The notes below the pieces were generated by a model that saw only the letters and a program-made list of their open reading frames with translations, did not search any database and was not told the origin of the DNA. Made by a program: the position numbers and the translations under genes. Of a stretch of DNA of 60,307 nucleotides, positions 1-9,982 are shown one piece after another (the stretch's first letter is position 1; each line of letters begins with the position of its first letter). The DNA is from a bacterium. Its GTDB lineage: Bacteria > Desulfobacterota > DSWW01. The stretch is from contig JBFLZG010000113.1 in NCBI GenBank assembly GCA_040756235.1, positions 1-60,307 on the forward strand, in the 5' to 3' direction.

Positions 1-304
1 CAAGCAAAGGAAACATGAACGTTGTTATAAAACCGGCTCGGTCCCCCCCGGGGGGGACCGAGGGTGCCACGGAGGGGAACGGGAACTTTAATTGTCGTCG
101 CCGGGAAGAATACTTGACGTTGATCACCGGCAGTTCGAACAGGAGTTCTTCTTTGTTCTTGAAGTACAGGGAAATGGTTCCGTCCGCTACTCCAGCCAGT
201 TTTGCAGCATCCTGAATCCTGGCCTTCCCGTACCCCGTCCTGGCGAACTCTGCCGCTGCGGCTTCGAGGATCTGTTTTCTCTTATCCGGTGCTCCTAGCG
301 TCAT
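1..304 (-). CDS. TetR/AcrR-family transcriptional regulator, partial (runs off the left edge; sequence after the HTH looks degenerate)
   Basis: Not in the ORF track. Manual translation from ATG at 304 gives MTLGAPDKRKQILEAAAAEFARTGYGKARIQDAAKLAGVADGTISLYFKNKEELLFELP, a typical TetR N-terminal HTH. It is divergent from the acyl-CoA genes. Confidence 0.8.
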   Translation of the reverse strand, partial: MTLGAPDKRKQILEAAAAEFARTGYGKARIQDAAKLAGVADGTISLYFKNKEELLFELPVINVKYSSRRRQLKFPFPSVAPSVPPGGDRAGFITTFMFPLL

Positions 305-557
305 TTCGCGCGCCTTGATGGGCACGGATCATAACGTCGAACAGCCCTGTTGCAGCCTTCGAGATCATCTGTCGGGTTGAAGATTCTTCCTTTGACATTT
401 GTATTCACCCGAGAGTGTCAATGAGCTGTGCTTCGTCAAACGCGCCTAGCGATGGCTTCTTGAGCAATAATCTGCCTGATTTTACGGTAATATTAGCCAT
501 ACCGGTGAGCCCATAGAAGTCTAGCGCAGCCCCCGTACGAATCAATATGGTTTTTGC

Positions 558-586
558 TTGACATGGATCATGGGCTAATGTACAGT
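558..586 (+). promoter_or_regulatory. sigma70-type promoter for the acyl-CoA catabolic cluster
   Basis: TTGACA (558-563), 17-nt spacer, TACAGT (581-586). An imperfect palindrome ATGTACAGTCAT overlaps the -10 and may be the TetR operator. Confidence 0.5.
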
Positions 587-629
587 CATATTCAGTGATG
601 AGATGAGATGAAGAGAACTGCAATCAAAG

Positions 630-1090
630 GTGAGGATCTGTGAGGCAAGAGGAAAAGCCAATGGAATTATTGGTATCACCTACAAGGGCCCCTTGAACTG
701 CAGCTTCAGCGTGGTCCGGCACATGATCGAGAGCGAGACGGGAAAGATCGTGAACATCGCCGGCGATGCGGGCCGGGTCGGGAGCTCGGGGGAGACCGTT
801 TACGCCGGATGCAAGGGGGCTGTGATTGCGTTCACGAAGTCTCTCGCACGTGAGCTGGCCCGATACAAGAGCAACGTTAACTGCGTACGCCCGGGACCTA
901 CCGAGACTCCGGGACAGATCGAAGGGACCACCCCCAAGCTCCGGGAAGCCTTGAGCAAGGCGATCCCCTTTCGTCGGTCGCCAGACCGGGGGAGATCGCC
1001 AACGCAGCCCTGTTCATTGCCTCGCCCCTTGCGGAATTCATTACGGGGCAGGTCCTGAGCGTGAGCGGCGGTCTGACCATGGTGGGTTGA
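630..1090 (+). pseudogene. 5'-truncated, frameshifted SDR (BadH/3-oxoacyl-reductase-like)
   Basis: GKIVNIAGDAGRVGSSGETVYAGCKGAVIAFTKSLARE (YxxxK) is present, but the TGxxxGxG Rossmann N-terminus is absent. The C-terminus EIANAALFIASPLAEFITGQVLSVSGGLTMVG* continues in another frame to TGA at 1090. Confidence 0.8.
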
Positions 1091-1125
1091 TCTGCTTCGA
1101 GGACCGAAACGCACGGGGCGAGCCG

Positions 1126-2268
1126 ATGAGCGAGGTGACTGAAGAGCACAGAATACTGCGAGGCATGATGCGCAAGCTCTGCCGCGAGAGGGTGGCCGTG
1201 CGAGCAGCCGAAGTGGATGTGACCAAGGAGTATCCGTGGGACTTGCATCGGCTCTTTATCGAGAACGGCCTGTTCAACCTCCGAGTGCCTGCAGAGTATG
1301 GCGGCGCAGGTATGGATTACACCTCAGCCTGCATCGTCGTGGAGGAACTGGCCCGCGTGGACGGGGCCTGTGCCAACACGGTGGCCCATCACCAGGCAGG
1401 ACTCTGCTGTTTTACGGACGGAGCAAGTGGGGCGCAGCGAGAGCGCTATCTTCCCCGGATCGGCAGGGGCGACTTTCTGGTCGGTTTCGCCCTGACCGAG
1501 CCCCATGCAGGCTCAGATGCATTCTCCCTGCGCACACTGGCTCAGGCTGAGGGCGAAGAGTATCGGATCAATGGAAGCAAGTGCTTCATTTCCAACAGCG
1601 GCCTGACCGACCTGTACGTGGTCTTTGCCACAGTGAATCCTGCCCTGAGGCGAGACGGGATTACGGCCTTCCTCGTGGAAAAGGAAACACAGGGTCTGAC
1701 CACCGGAAAGGCCGAGGACAAGATGGGGTTGCGTGCCTCCCCTACGTGTCAGCTGGCTTTCTCGGACATGAGAGTACCCCGGGAGAATGTCCTGGGCGAG
1801 GCGGGCAAGGGCTGGGAACTGGTCCTTCAGTCCCTGACCGAGACCCGGATCCTGGTTGCAGCCATGTCGCTGGGGATCGCCCAGGCGGCCATGGAGGTGG
1901 CGGTCTCGCATGCCAAGGTTCGCGAGCAATTCGGCCGGGCGATCGGAAGCTTTCAGGGTGTCTCTTTCATGCTGGCCGACATGGCCATCCAGATAGAGTG
2001 TGCCAGGACCTTGATCTACGAGCTCGCCTTCAGGATCGGTCGGGGAGAGAGAAATCAGAAGTTTCATGCTTCGGTGGCCAAGTGCTTTGCCTCGGATATG
2101 GCGATGAAGGTTACGACCGACGCCGTGCAGGTACTGGGCGGGTACGGTTACACCCGGGAGTATCCGCTCGAGAAGATGATGCGGGACGCCAAGGCCATGC
2201 AGATCATCGAAGGAACCAATCAGATACAGCGAGTCCAGATATCGCGCAGTCTGATGAAATCCTACTGA
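1126..2268 (+). CDS. acyl-CoA dehydrogenase
   Basis: [60 protein letters not shown] motifs. Confidence 0.95.
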   Translation: MSEVTEEHRILRGMMRKLCRERVAVRAAEVDVTKEYPWDLHRLFIENGLFNLRVPAEYGGAGMDYTSACIVVEELARVDGACANTVAHHQAGLCCFTDGASGAQRERYLPRIGRGDFLVGFALTEPHAGSDAFSLRTLAQAEGEEYRINGSKCFISNSGLTDLYVVFATVNPALRRDGITAFLVEKETQGLTTGKAEDKMGLRASPTCQLAFSDMRVPRENVLGEAGKGWELVLQSLTETRILVAAMSLGIAQAAMEVAVSHAKVREQFGRAIGSFQGVSFMLADMAIQIECARTLIYELAFRIGRGERNQKFHASVAKCFASDMAMKVTTDAVQVLGGYGYTREYPLEKMMRDAKAMQIIEGTNQIQRVQISRSLMKSY

Positions 2269-2308
2269 ACGAGAAACTGCGCCGCCGTGGATGGAGAAGG
2301 AAAACCCA

Positions 2309-3109
2309 ATGCAGACGCACCAGCAAGACTTCGAAAACATCCTGGTCACGAGACGGGATCACGTAGCCATCGTGGCCATGAATCGCCCGGACAAGCTCAA
2401 CGCGCTGAGCCCGGCCCTGATCCGAGGCCTGATCGGCGCCTTGCGTATGGTCATGCCTGACGACGAGATCAGGGCCGTGGTCCTGACAGGGGAAGGAAGG
2501 GCATTCAGTGCGGGAGGTGATATCGAGAAGGATGTCGCCCCTCTCTCCCGGATGAATCCTACAGAGTTCGAAAGATACATGGGACAAGCGCCCACGCTCT
2601 ACAGGTTGCTCATCGATGCCAGGAAGCCTGTTGTCGGAGCGCTGAACGGCCATGTGGTAGGCGCCGGCCTGGACCTGGCTGTGGCATGCGACTTTAGGAT
2701 TGCCTCTGAGGATGCTCAGCTGGGTCTGGTCTTTGTGAAAATGGGCCTTGCTGCCGAAGTTTCTCTCTACCTCCTTCCTCGGTTGATCGGTCTCTCGCGA
2801 ACGAAACGGCTGGCCTTCACCGGAGCGATTCTCAAGGCGCACGAAGCAGAGCGGATCGGATTGGTGGACGAGGTGGTGCCAGCTGCTGAGTTGATGAGGC
2901 GGGCGGAGGCGTTCGCAGAGGAGCTTGCTCAAGGACCTGTGGCGATCGGAATCACCAAACAAATCATCCACCAGTCGCTCAGAATGGACCTGGACGGATT
3001 CCTGGACTACATGGTGCAGAGACAGTATCAACTGTTTCACACAGAGGATCACCGGGAGGCCGTTCAGGCATGGATGGAAAGACGCAAGCCCGCTTTCCAG
3101 TGGAGGTGA
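2309..3109 (+). CDS. enoyl-CoA hydratase/isomerase (crotonase family)
   Basis: MNRPDKLNALS, GRAFSAGGD, ALNGHVVGAGLDLAVACDFRIA; GGAGAAGGA RBS. Confidence 0.93.
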   Translation: MQTHQQDFENILVTRRDHVAIVAMNRPDKLNALSPALIRGLIGALRMVMPDDEIRAVVLTGEGRAFSAGGDIEKDVAPLSRMNPTEFERYMGQAPTLYRLLIDARKPVVGALNGHVVGAGLDLAVACDFRIASEDAQLGLVFVKMGLAAEVSLYLLPRLIGLSRTKRLAFTGAILKAHEAERIGLVDEVVPAAELMRRAEAFAEELAQGPVAIGITKQIIHQSLRMDLDGFLDYMVQRQYQLFHTEDHREAVQAWMERRKPAFQWR

Positions 3110-3112
3110 GGC

Positions 3113-3634
3113 ATGGGGAAGGGCAGAAAAGTTGAAATTCCTGGTCTCGGCTGGTTTGACAGATACAAGAGACTGATCGACTTGGGCTATCGGAGCATCC
3201 TCGAGGGAGACGAGTATGTTTACCACCGGTGGGGAGAGGAGGAATGGCTGAAGTATGTCTCTGACACACGTCCGAAGTGGACGGAGCCTGTGGCCAGAAG
3301 GATCGTTGAGAAGCGGGGTCTGAAGCCAACTGTGGAAGACGGCCTCCAGCTGTGGGGGATCTACAGCCAGGAGGTATGGGGCTACGGAGACCCGAGGTAT
3401 GTGGACGCGAGAATGGAATCAGAGGGCAGAGGCATTTTGACAGCCTTGGGAGGCTGCCGGATGTGGGCGCTCAGGCCGGCGGAGAAAAGGGGCAAGGTCC
3501 CGTGCCATAAAGCTTGCAGGAATGAGATGCAGGGTGTCGCGAATGCGCTGAGTCCAAAGTTCAAAGTAGATGTGCCGAGAGCTTGTCCCTTGGGCGACAG
3601 CTCGTGTGAGTTCGTGCTGACTGCTGAAGAGTAG
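3113..3634 (+). CDS. hypothetical protein, V4R/ATC-hydrolase-like Cys-containing ligand-binding fold
   Basis: Closely spaced ORF in the operon. C-terminal C...CHKAC...ACPLGDSSCEFVL resembles the V4R-type motif. Confidence 0.6.
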   Translation: MGKGRKVEIPGLGWFDRYKRLIDLGYRSILEGDEYVYHRWGEEEWLKYVSDTRPKWTEPVARRIVEKRGLKPTVEDGLQLWGIYSQEVWGYGDPRYVDARMESEGRGILTALGGCRMWALRPAEKRGKVPCHKACRNEMQGVANALSPKFKVDVPRACPLGDSSCEFVLTAEE

Positions 3635-3731
3635 GGTGGATGCCGGATCCTTCTTGGCCAAGTGAGGCCTGCACTTCGCCCCTCCCTCCCTTGTCCACCA
3701 TTTTCCGAGTCTCTTGCTCGGAGTACGAACG

Positions 3732-4955
3732 ATGAAACCCGAGAGACACCAAGACGACGTGGTCATCGTGAGCGCCTGCAGGACAGCTTTTGGGAAGTTC
3801 GGGGGCGTCTTGAGGAACACTCCGGCGCTGGACCTGGCCGCAGAGGTGATCCAAGGGGTGATCCGGAGGAGCGGGAGGGAAGATGTCTCCGTGGATGAGG
3901 TGATCGTCGGCTGCTGCGCCCAATGCGAGGTCAAGGCCATGGCGCCGGTGGCGGCCAGGCAGGCGTCGCTCAGGGCGGGTCTTCCTGACGAAGTTGTGAG
4001 CATCACGGTGGAGCGGGCCTGCTGCTCGTCGCTGGCCGCAGTCCAGATCGGTCAGCGGAACATCCAGACCGGCAACGCGGATGTTGTACTGGTTGCAGGG
4101 ATGGAGAACATGAGCCGCGTGCCGTACCTGGTCCGCGAGCTGCGCTGGGGAACCCGGGTCGGAAACGTCGCACTCAAGGACGATCTGTTCGAGATGGAAT
4201 CGGCTCCGGGCTATGGCGCCGTTTCTGTCGATGCCGGGGAAGTGGCTCTCGAGTACGGCTTCAGCCGGGAGGACCAGGACCGGTGGGCCTATGAAAGTCA
4301 GATGCGCTATCAGGCGGCGCTCAAGGACGGTAAGTTCGAGGAGGAGATCATACCTATCACGATTCCCCAGGCGAGAGGAGCGCCCGTGGTGTTCGAGCAT
4401 GACGAGTTTCCAAAGCCGCAAACCACCGTGGAAGGGCTGGCGAAGCTCCCGACGATCTACGGGTCTCCCACCGTCACGGCGGGGAATGCACCGGGGCTGG
4501 ACGCCGGTGCGGCTGCCCTCCTGCTCATGCGCAGAAGCCGTGCCGAGGCGTACGGGCTCAAAAGCCTGGCCCGGGTCCTGACCGTGCAGAGCGCAGCTGG
4601 GGATCCCCACTACATGGCCGCTGTCCCTGCGAAGGCCATCCAAAGGGCGCTTGCCTGCACTCGTTTGAGTGTGGATGACCTGTCCCTGATCGAGATCAAC
4701 GAGGCCTTCGCGGCTATGCCGATGGTGAGCCTCAAGATCCTCGCGGACCGAGATGAACAGAAAACCCGTAAGCTTTTTGAGATCACCAACGTGAACGGCG
4801 GAGCTATCGCCATCGGGCACCCAGTGGGTGCGAGCGGGGCGCGTGTTCTGTTGACCCTCATGTTCGAGCTGAGAAGGAGAGGGGGAGGGTTCGGTGCCGC
4901 CTCCCTGTGCGGCGGACTGGCCCAGGGAGACGCGGCCATCATTCAGGCCGAGTGA
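3732..4955 (+). CDS. thiolase (acetyl-CoA C-acyltransferase)
   Basis: ERACCSS nucleophile region, [31 protein letters not shown]. Confidence 0.95.
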   Translation: MKPERHQDDVVIVSACRTAFGKFGGVLRNTPALDLAAEVIQGVIRRSGREDVSVDEVIVGCCAQCEVKAMAPVAARQASLRAGLPDEVVSITVERACCSSLAAVQIGQRNIQTGNADVVLVAGMENMSRVPYLVRELRWGTRVGNVALKDDLFEMESAPGYGAVSVDAGEVALEYGFSREDQDRWAYESQMRYQAALKDGKFEEEIIPITIPQARGAPVVFEHDEFPKPQTTVEGLAKLPTIYGSPTVTAGNAPGLDAGAAALLLMRRSRAEAYGLKSLARVLTVQSAAGDPHYMAAVPAKAIQRALACTRLSVDDLSLIEINEAFAAMPMVSLKILADRDEQKTRKLFEITNVNGGAIAIGHPVGASGARVLLTLMFELRRRGGGFGAASLCGGLAQGDAAIIQAE

Positions 4956-4996
4956 CCTACCGGGCAGAAAGCGAGAAAAAGAAACGAGGAAGACGC

Positions 4997-6139
4997 ATGG
5001 TGGATTTCAGTCTCTCGGAAGACCAGAGGATGGTCCGCGATACGGCGCGGAAATTCGCGCGCAACGAGATCCTGCCGGTTGCCAGGCAGTACGACGAGGG
5101 GCACAGGTTCCCGAGCGAGATCATCCAGAGGGCTCATGAAATCGGACTGGTCAACAGCGCGGTTCCGGCCGAGTACGGCGGGGGCGGCCAGAGCAGCCTG
5201 GTGTTTTGTCTGATCAGCGAGGAATTGGCTTACGGCTGCGTCGGGATCGCGAACACCATTCTCTGCAACAATCAGGCGCTCATGCCGGTGGTTCTGTCCG
5301 GCACCGCCGAGCAGAAAGCGAGATGGCTGCTTCCTTTCTGTTCGTCCAGGGAGGTTCGGCTGGCCTCGTTTTGCCTGACCGAGCCAGGAGCTGGCTCGGA
5401 CGCGGGTGCCATCGCGTCCACCGCTCGAAGGATGAATGGCGGGTATGTGATCAACGGCCGGAAGTGCTTTATCACGAATGGCGCTCACGCGAACCTGTAC
5501 GTGGTTTTCGCTTCCACGGACAGGTCGGCTGGCCACAAGGGGCTGAGCGTACTTATCGTACCCAGACAGGATGGTGTGCGGCCCGGAAAGCAGGAAGACA
5601 AGATGGGGCAGCGGGCGTCCGACACTTCGGAGGTCGTCTTCGAAGAGGTTCAGGTTCCGGAGGAGAATCGCATCGGAAAAGAAGGGCAGGGCATGACGCT
5701 GGCGTTGAAGGATATCGATGCAACGCGCGCGACTGTAGCTGCCATGGGGGTCGGGCTTGCCCAGCGCGCCCTGGACGAGTCGGTGCGATACTCGAAGGAC
5801 AGGGTGCAGTTCGGCCAGCCGATTTCCCGCTTTCAGGCGATTCAGTTCATGCTGGCGGACATGGAGATGGAGATCGAGGCAGCCCGTCTGTTGACCCACA
5901 AGGCTGCCTGGATGTTCGACCACGGCATGAAGCAGACCCGGGAATCCGCGTGTGCAAAGACCTTCGCATCCGAGACCGCAATGCGGGTGAGCACGAACGC
6001 GGTGCAGATCTTCGGCGGTTACGGATACATGAAAGATTATCCGGTCGAGAAGCTGATGCGGGATGCCAAGCTGCTGCAAATTTACGAGGGCACCAATCAG
6101 ATCCAGCGGACGGTCATGGCCAGGGAACTCCTGCGCTGA
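4997..6139 (+). CDS. acyl-CoA dehydrogenase (butyryl-CoA DH-like)
   Basis: [64 protein letters not shown]. Confidence 0.95.
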   Translation: MVDFSLSEDQRMVRDTARKFARNEILPVARQYDEGHRFPSEIIQRAHEIGLVNSAVPAEYGGGGQSSLVFCLISEELAYGCVGIANTILCNNQALMPVVLSGTAEQKARWLLPFCSSREVRLASFCLTEPGAGSDAGAIASTARRMNGGYVINGRKCFITNGAHANLYVVFASTDRSAGHKGLSVLIVPRQDGVRPGKQEDKMGQRASDTSEVVFEEVQVPEENRIGKEGQGMTLALKDIDATRATVAAMGVGLAQRALDESVRYSKDRVQFGQPISRFQAIQFMLADMEMEIEAARLLTHKAAWMFDHGMKQTRESACAKTFASETAMRVSTNAVQIFGGYGYMKDYPVEKLMRDAKLLQIYEGTNQIQRTVMARELLR

Positions 6140-6247
6140 TGACTCTGACATGCCGTTCGAGAGAGCCGGGCGGCGCCGGTGAAAGGTTGCCTCAGCGATC
6201 GGGAAAGAAGCTAGGTCCGCCGTTTGCGAGGATTTGAGGAGGTCGCG

Positions 6248-6541
6248 ATGGAGCTCAAGCTGCCCGAAGAAGTTCAGATCCTCAAGGATACGGTACGGCG
6301 GTTCGTGGAGAACGAGGCGGATCCCCTCGGCGACAGGATCGAGCAGGAAGGCCGGGTGCCGGAAGAACTGGTGGCCAAGGCTTGAGAGCTCGGGCTTTTC
6401 GGCCTCACGATCCCCGAGCAGTATGGCGGGTCAGGGATCGGGCCTCTGGGGTACGCCGTCGTGCGGGAGGAGTTTGGCCGCACCAACCTCGGCTTCGGCA
6501 GCCTCTTCCTCGTAAACAACGGGGTCGGATCGAAAGGTTAG
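6248..6541 (+). pseudogene. N-terminal fragment of an acyl-CoA dehydrogenase with an internal stop
   Basis: GAGGAGG RBS, then MELKLPEEVQILKDTVRRFVENEADPLGDRIEQEGRVPEELVAKA*ELGLFGLTIPEQYGGSG...NNGVGSKG*. In-frame TGA at 6383-6385; truncated after ~97 codons. Confidence 0.85.
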
Positions 6542-6589
6542 CTGGTTTCAGAAGACAGCGATCGGCTTGGCCGGCAAGGAGAGAGTCCA

Positions 6590-7915
6590 GTGAACCCGGG
6601 AGACACGACAGGTCGGATCCCGAAGGAATCAAGGATCGCCATCATCGGGGCCGGCGTTTCAGGCCTGACTGCCGCACGTACGCTGAAGAAGTTGGGATAC
6701 AACAAGATCACTCTGTTCGAGGCAAAAGACCGCATCGGCGGGAAGGTGCACAGCATAGAGAAGGACGGACTCTTCTATGAGATGGGCGGAGTTTTCGTGC
6801 CGGAGGAGTTCGAGACGATCAAAGGGCTGGCAAGCGAGTATGGGTCCTCGTTGACCAAGAAGCAAGAGCTCAAGACGGCACTCGTCAGAAATGGTCGGCA
6901 GGTCTCGAATTTCGCTTACACGCGAAGCGAGTTCGGAACACTCGGCACCCTGAAATCGTTCCTGCGATTCCAGAGACTTCTGGCACGGAACGGGGATCTA
7001 TCCCGGCCCGGGTTTGCCAGGACGGATCCCTCCATGTTTCGGAGCTTCAACGAGTTCGCGAAGAAGCATGAGATGCAAGCGGTCGCTTATTCAAGTGCGC
7101 CGTTTCTGACCGGTATGGGATATGGATACGTTGACAGTACGCCTGCCGTTTATCACCTGAAGCTCATGAAACGCACCCTGAGATTTGCGCTGCGCATGGA
7201 ACTGAACAGCGTCCTGGGGCTTCATCTGCCTTGCACGTACTTCTTCGAGAAGGGTTACCAGAATCTTTTGGAGAAGATGTCGGCCGACCTTGACATCAGA
7301 CTCGGTGCGAAAGCCCGAAGGATCGTGAGGCGCTTCGAAGAAGGCAAGCTGTGGATCGTCGTCTCAGCGAATCACGTAGAGCAAGTCTTTGACCAGGTCA
7401 TCATTTCGTCTCCCCCCCTGGCAACGAGAGAATTCCTTGACATGAGCGACCAGGAGAAAGAGGTGGTCTCTGGGGCCAAGCATCTGTTCTTTCACACAAC
7501 GCTCTTTTACGGCCGGGACCTGCCCAGAGATGTCATGCTGTTCTTCCCGGAGTGGGCGCGTTCAGGGCACCCCGGAGCTCCCACCTGTATCGCAAACTTT
7601 CATCCCACGCATAACATTTTCCAAGGCTATCAGCTGCACGATGGAACTGTTTCAGAGGAGAAGCTGGAAGAGGCACTGCGTCGAGTCGTCTGGAGCGTAG
7701 GGGGAACGATCGAGCAGACCGTTCTGCGAGAGACGTTCACATATTTTACCCACTTTCCTGAAGAAGATCTGGATCGGCTGAAACCTTATGAGCGTCTCGA
7801 GAGCCTTCAGGGAAAGAACAGCACTTTCTTCATAGGCGGCGCAGTGAGCGCGGAGAGCGCAGAAGACACGGCGCAATATGCGCAGCAGTTGATCCGAAAG
7901 CACTTTGGAAACTGA
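6590..7915 (+). CDS. FAD-dependent oxidoreductase similar to polyunsaturated fatty-acid isomerase (PAI-like)
   Basis: ESRIAIIGAGVSG...RIGGKVHS...YEMGG; GMGYGYVDSTPAVYHLK; YFTHF..EDL...YERLESLQGKNSTFFIG. These match recalled motifs of Cutibacterium acnes PAI along the whole length. Confidence 0.75.
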   Translation: MNPGDTTGRIPKESRIAIIGAGVSGLTAARTLKKLGYNKITLFEAKDRIGGKVHSIEKDGLFYEMGGVFVPEEFETIKGLASEYGSSLTKKQELKTALVRNGRQVSNFAYTRSEFGTLGTLKSFLRFQRLLARNGDLSRPGFARTDPSMFRSFNEFAKKHEMQAVAYSSAPFLTGMGYGYVDSTPAVYHLKLMKRTLRFALRMELNSVLGLHLPCTYFFEKGYQNLLEKMSADLDIRLGAKARRIVRRFEEGKLWIVVSANHVEQVFDQVIISSPPLATREFLDMSDQEKEVVSGAKHLFFHTTLFYGRDLPRDVMLFFPEWARSGHPGAPTCIANFHPTHNIFQGYQLHDGTVSEEKLEEALRRVVWSVGGTIEQTVLRETFTYFTHFPEEDLDRLKPYERLESLQGKNSTFFIGGAVSAESAEDTAQYAQQLIRKHFGN

Positions 7916-7973
7916 GAAGAACTGTCTCTTATGCGATTTGGGTGACCCCATGTGCCAACTCGGGGAGTGCACG

Positions 7974-8332
7974 ATGGATCCGAAAGCAAACGAGACCGAG
8001 GACGTGTATCGCGAGCTCTGCGTGATTCTGGCCAGGGATATTCCTGAATTCTACGAGCTCGCCAGAGAGCTCTTCACCGAGCAAGAGGCGGCCGTAGCGA
8101 AAGCCATGCCCAAGGGCTTCAACCCGGCGTGCGTCCCTGTTCTGCTCTGGTCATGAAGGCAGAAGAGATTCCCGAGGTGAATCCCGATCGGTGCATCGGA
8201 TGTGGCACGTGCGCTACGGGGTGCCCGGAGAACGCGATCCGCCTTGAAGAGAAACCCGGTGTTCCGGAGCCGCCGTTGGACCGGAAGGCCCTGAAGGAGG
8301 CCGTGACTGCAGCCAAGAGTGGTTCGAAATAG
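7974..8332 (+). pseudogene. internally deleted 4Fe-4S ferredoxin-domain protein
   Basis: N-terminus DVYRELC...ELFTEQEAAVAKAMP is joined with a frameshift near 8130 to the C-terminal CPCSAL...DRCIGCGTCATGCPENAI. The middle of this gene type appears to be missing. Confidence 0.7.
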
Positions 8333-8370
8333 AGGTCGGTTCTGAGTGCACTCTGGAATCCAGTACGGCT

Positions 8371-8535
8371 GATCGGATCGATCTGTTCTCGCAGCCGCGG
8401 ATTGTCCGGAGCATCCACAAGGCTGATGGGTGGCAGGTCCAGGATCTGGCGGAAATGCTCGAAGCAACGATGAAGAGCCACTTCTCGCCGCTGGACACGT
8501 CTCCCGGGTACATCTGCTGGGATCCGCTCGTTTGA
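8371..8535 (+). pseudogene. C-terminal remnant of an SDR oxidoreductase
   Basis: Manual translation DRIDLFSQPRIVRSIHKADGWQVQDLAEMLEATMKSHFSPLDTSPGYICWDPLV* resembles the LFSQPRP...GW...WDP* tail of an SDR subfamily. No start or N-terminus. Confidence 0.55.
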
Positions 8536-8581
8536 GTGTTGACGCTGGAAGGAACGGGATCGCGAACTGAGGAGAAGGATC

Positions 8582-9484
8582 ATGGCACCAGTTGATTTCA
8601 GGGGTAGAGTGGCAGTCGTCACGGGTGCGGGGGGCGGGTTGGGGAAGAGCTACGCTCTGGAGCTGGCAAGGAGGGGAGCGAAGGTCGTCGTCAATGACTT
8701 CGGGGGCTCTCGGGACGGTACGGGCGGGGGCACCGGCATGGCGGACAAGGTGGTGGAGGAGATCCGGGCAGCCGGTGGGGAGGCAGTGGCCAATTACGAC
8801 GGGGTCCACACCTATGAAGGGGGGGAGACCATCGTCCGTCAGGCCGTCGCGACGTTCGGCAAGGTGGATATCTTGATCAACAACGCCGGGATCCTGCGGG
8901 ACAAGAGCTTCACGAAGATGGAGAAGGAAGCCTGGTATCCCGTGCTGGAGGTGCACTTACAGGGAGCCTACCACGTCACCCGGCCGGCCTTCACGAGCAT
9001 GCGCGAGAAAGGGTACGGCAGGGTCGTCATGACCACATCGGGTGCTGGGCTCTTCGGAAATTTCGGCCAGACCAACTACTCGGCGGCGAAGCTCGGCTTG
9101 ATCGGACTGATGAAATCCCTGGCCATCGAGGGGGCAAAGTACAACATCAAGGTGAATGCGATCGCGCCCGTGGCCGCCACCCGCATGACGGAAGACATCA
9201 CACCGCCGGAGGTCTTCCAGAAGCTCAGCCCGGAATTCGTCATGCCGGCAGTCCTGTTCCTGTGTTCCGAATCCTGCCAGGAGAGCGGCCGGATCCTGTG
9301 CGCGGGAGCCGGCCTTGTGCAGAATGCCTCGGTCGTCATCAACGAGGGGGTCTTTCTGGGGAAACAGCCTCCGACAGTGGAGGACATCCAGGAGAACTGG
9401 AAGAGAATCGTGGAACCGAAGAGCCTCAAGGAGATCCCCAACGTCATGGAAAGCATCGGGGACATCATGAAGCATTACCAGTAG
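8582..9484 (+). CDS. SDR, MFE-2-type (R)-3-hydroxyacyl-CoA dehydrogenase-like
   Basis: VVTGAGGGLG, AKVVVNDFGG, NNAGILRDKSF, GNFGQTNYSAAK. Confidence 0.92.
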   Translation: MAPVDFRGRVAVVTGAGGGLGKSYALELARRGAKVVVNDFGGSRDGTGGGTGMADKVVEEIRAAGGEAVANYDGVHTYEGGETIVRQAVATFGKVDILINNAGILRDKSFTKMEKEAWYPVLEVHLQGAYHVTRPAFTSMREKGYGRVVMTTSGAGLFGNFGQTNYSAAKLGLIGLMKSLAIEGAKYNIKVNAIAPVAATRMTEDITPPEVFQKLSPEFVMPAVLFLCSESCQESGRILCAGAGLVQNASVVINEGVFLGKQPPTVEDIQENWKRIVEPKSLKEIPNVMESIGDIMKHYQ

Positions 9485-9544
9485 CTCTGGAGTGAGCGGC
9501 CATAAGCTATGAATTCTCGACTGCAAATCCGCCGGGAGAAACCG

Positions 9545-9946
9545 ATGGCGGTGGGAAGGCGTGTGCGCATTGTCCTCGCGAAGGTGGGCCTCGACGGTCA
9601 TGACAGGGGCGTGAAGATCCTGGCCTCGCTCCTGATGAGCGAGGGCTTCGAGGTCACGTACCTCGGGCTCTACAACACTCCGGAGATGGTCGTCCGGAGT
9701 GCTCTGCAGGAGGACGCGGACGTCATCGGCGTGAGCTTTCTCTCCGGAGAGCACCTGACGCTCACCCCGAAGATCGTGACCGAGATGGGCAAGCACGGAA
9801 TGGAAGGCGTTCGTCTGATCGTGGGCGGAGTCATTCCGGTCGCTGACGAAGAGCCATTGTTGAGGATGGGCGTCCAGAAGGTTTTTCGCGGCTCACTGGT
9901 GAGAGAGGTTGTAGACTATCTCAACGGACTTTCCGGCCAGAGTTGA
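9545..9946 (+). CDS. cobalamin-binding small subunit of an acyl-CoA mutase
   Basis: AKVGLDGHDRG (DxHxxG), QEDADVIGVSFLSG, VGGVIP. Confidence 0.92.
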   Translation: MAVGRRVRIVLAKVGLDGHDRGVKILASLLMSEGFEVTYLGLYNTPEMVVRSALQEDADVIGVSFLSGEHLTLTPKIVTEMGKHGMEGVRLIVGGVIPVADEEPLLRMGVQKVFRGSLVREVVDYLNGLSGQS

Positions 9947-9982
9947 CCAGAGCAGAAGTTTCTTCCTGATTCAGGGGGCGCT

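Noticed and set aside
405..623. 72-aa minus-strand ORF (weak resemblance to a transketolase tail, LDFYGLT)
   Set aside because: It overlaps the AT-rich promoter region and the similarity is too short to support.
6383..6385. In-frame TGA in the ACAD fragment as selenocysteine or readthrough
   Set aside because: The position is not a Cys site and the frame ends at TAG 6541 anyway. Pseudogenisation is the simpler explanation.
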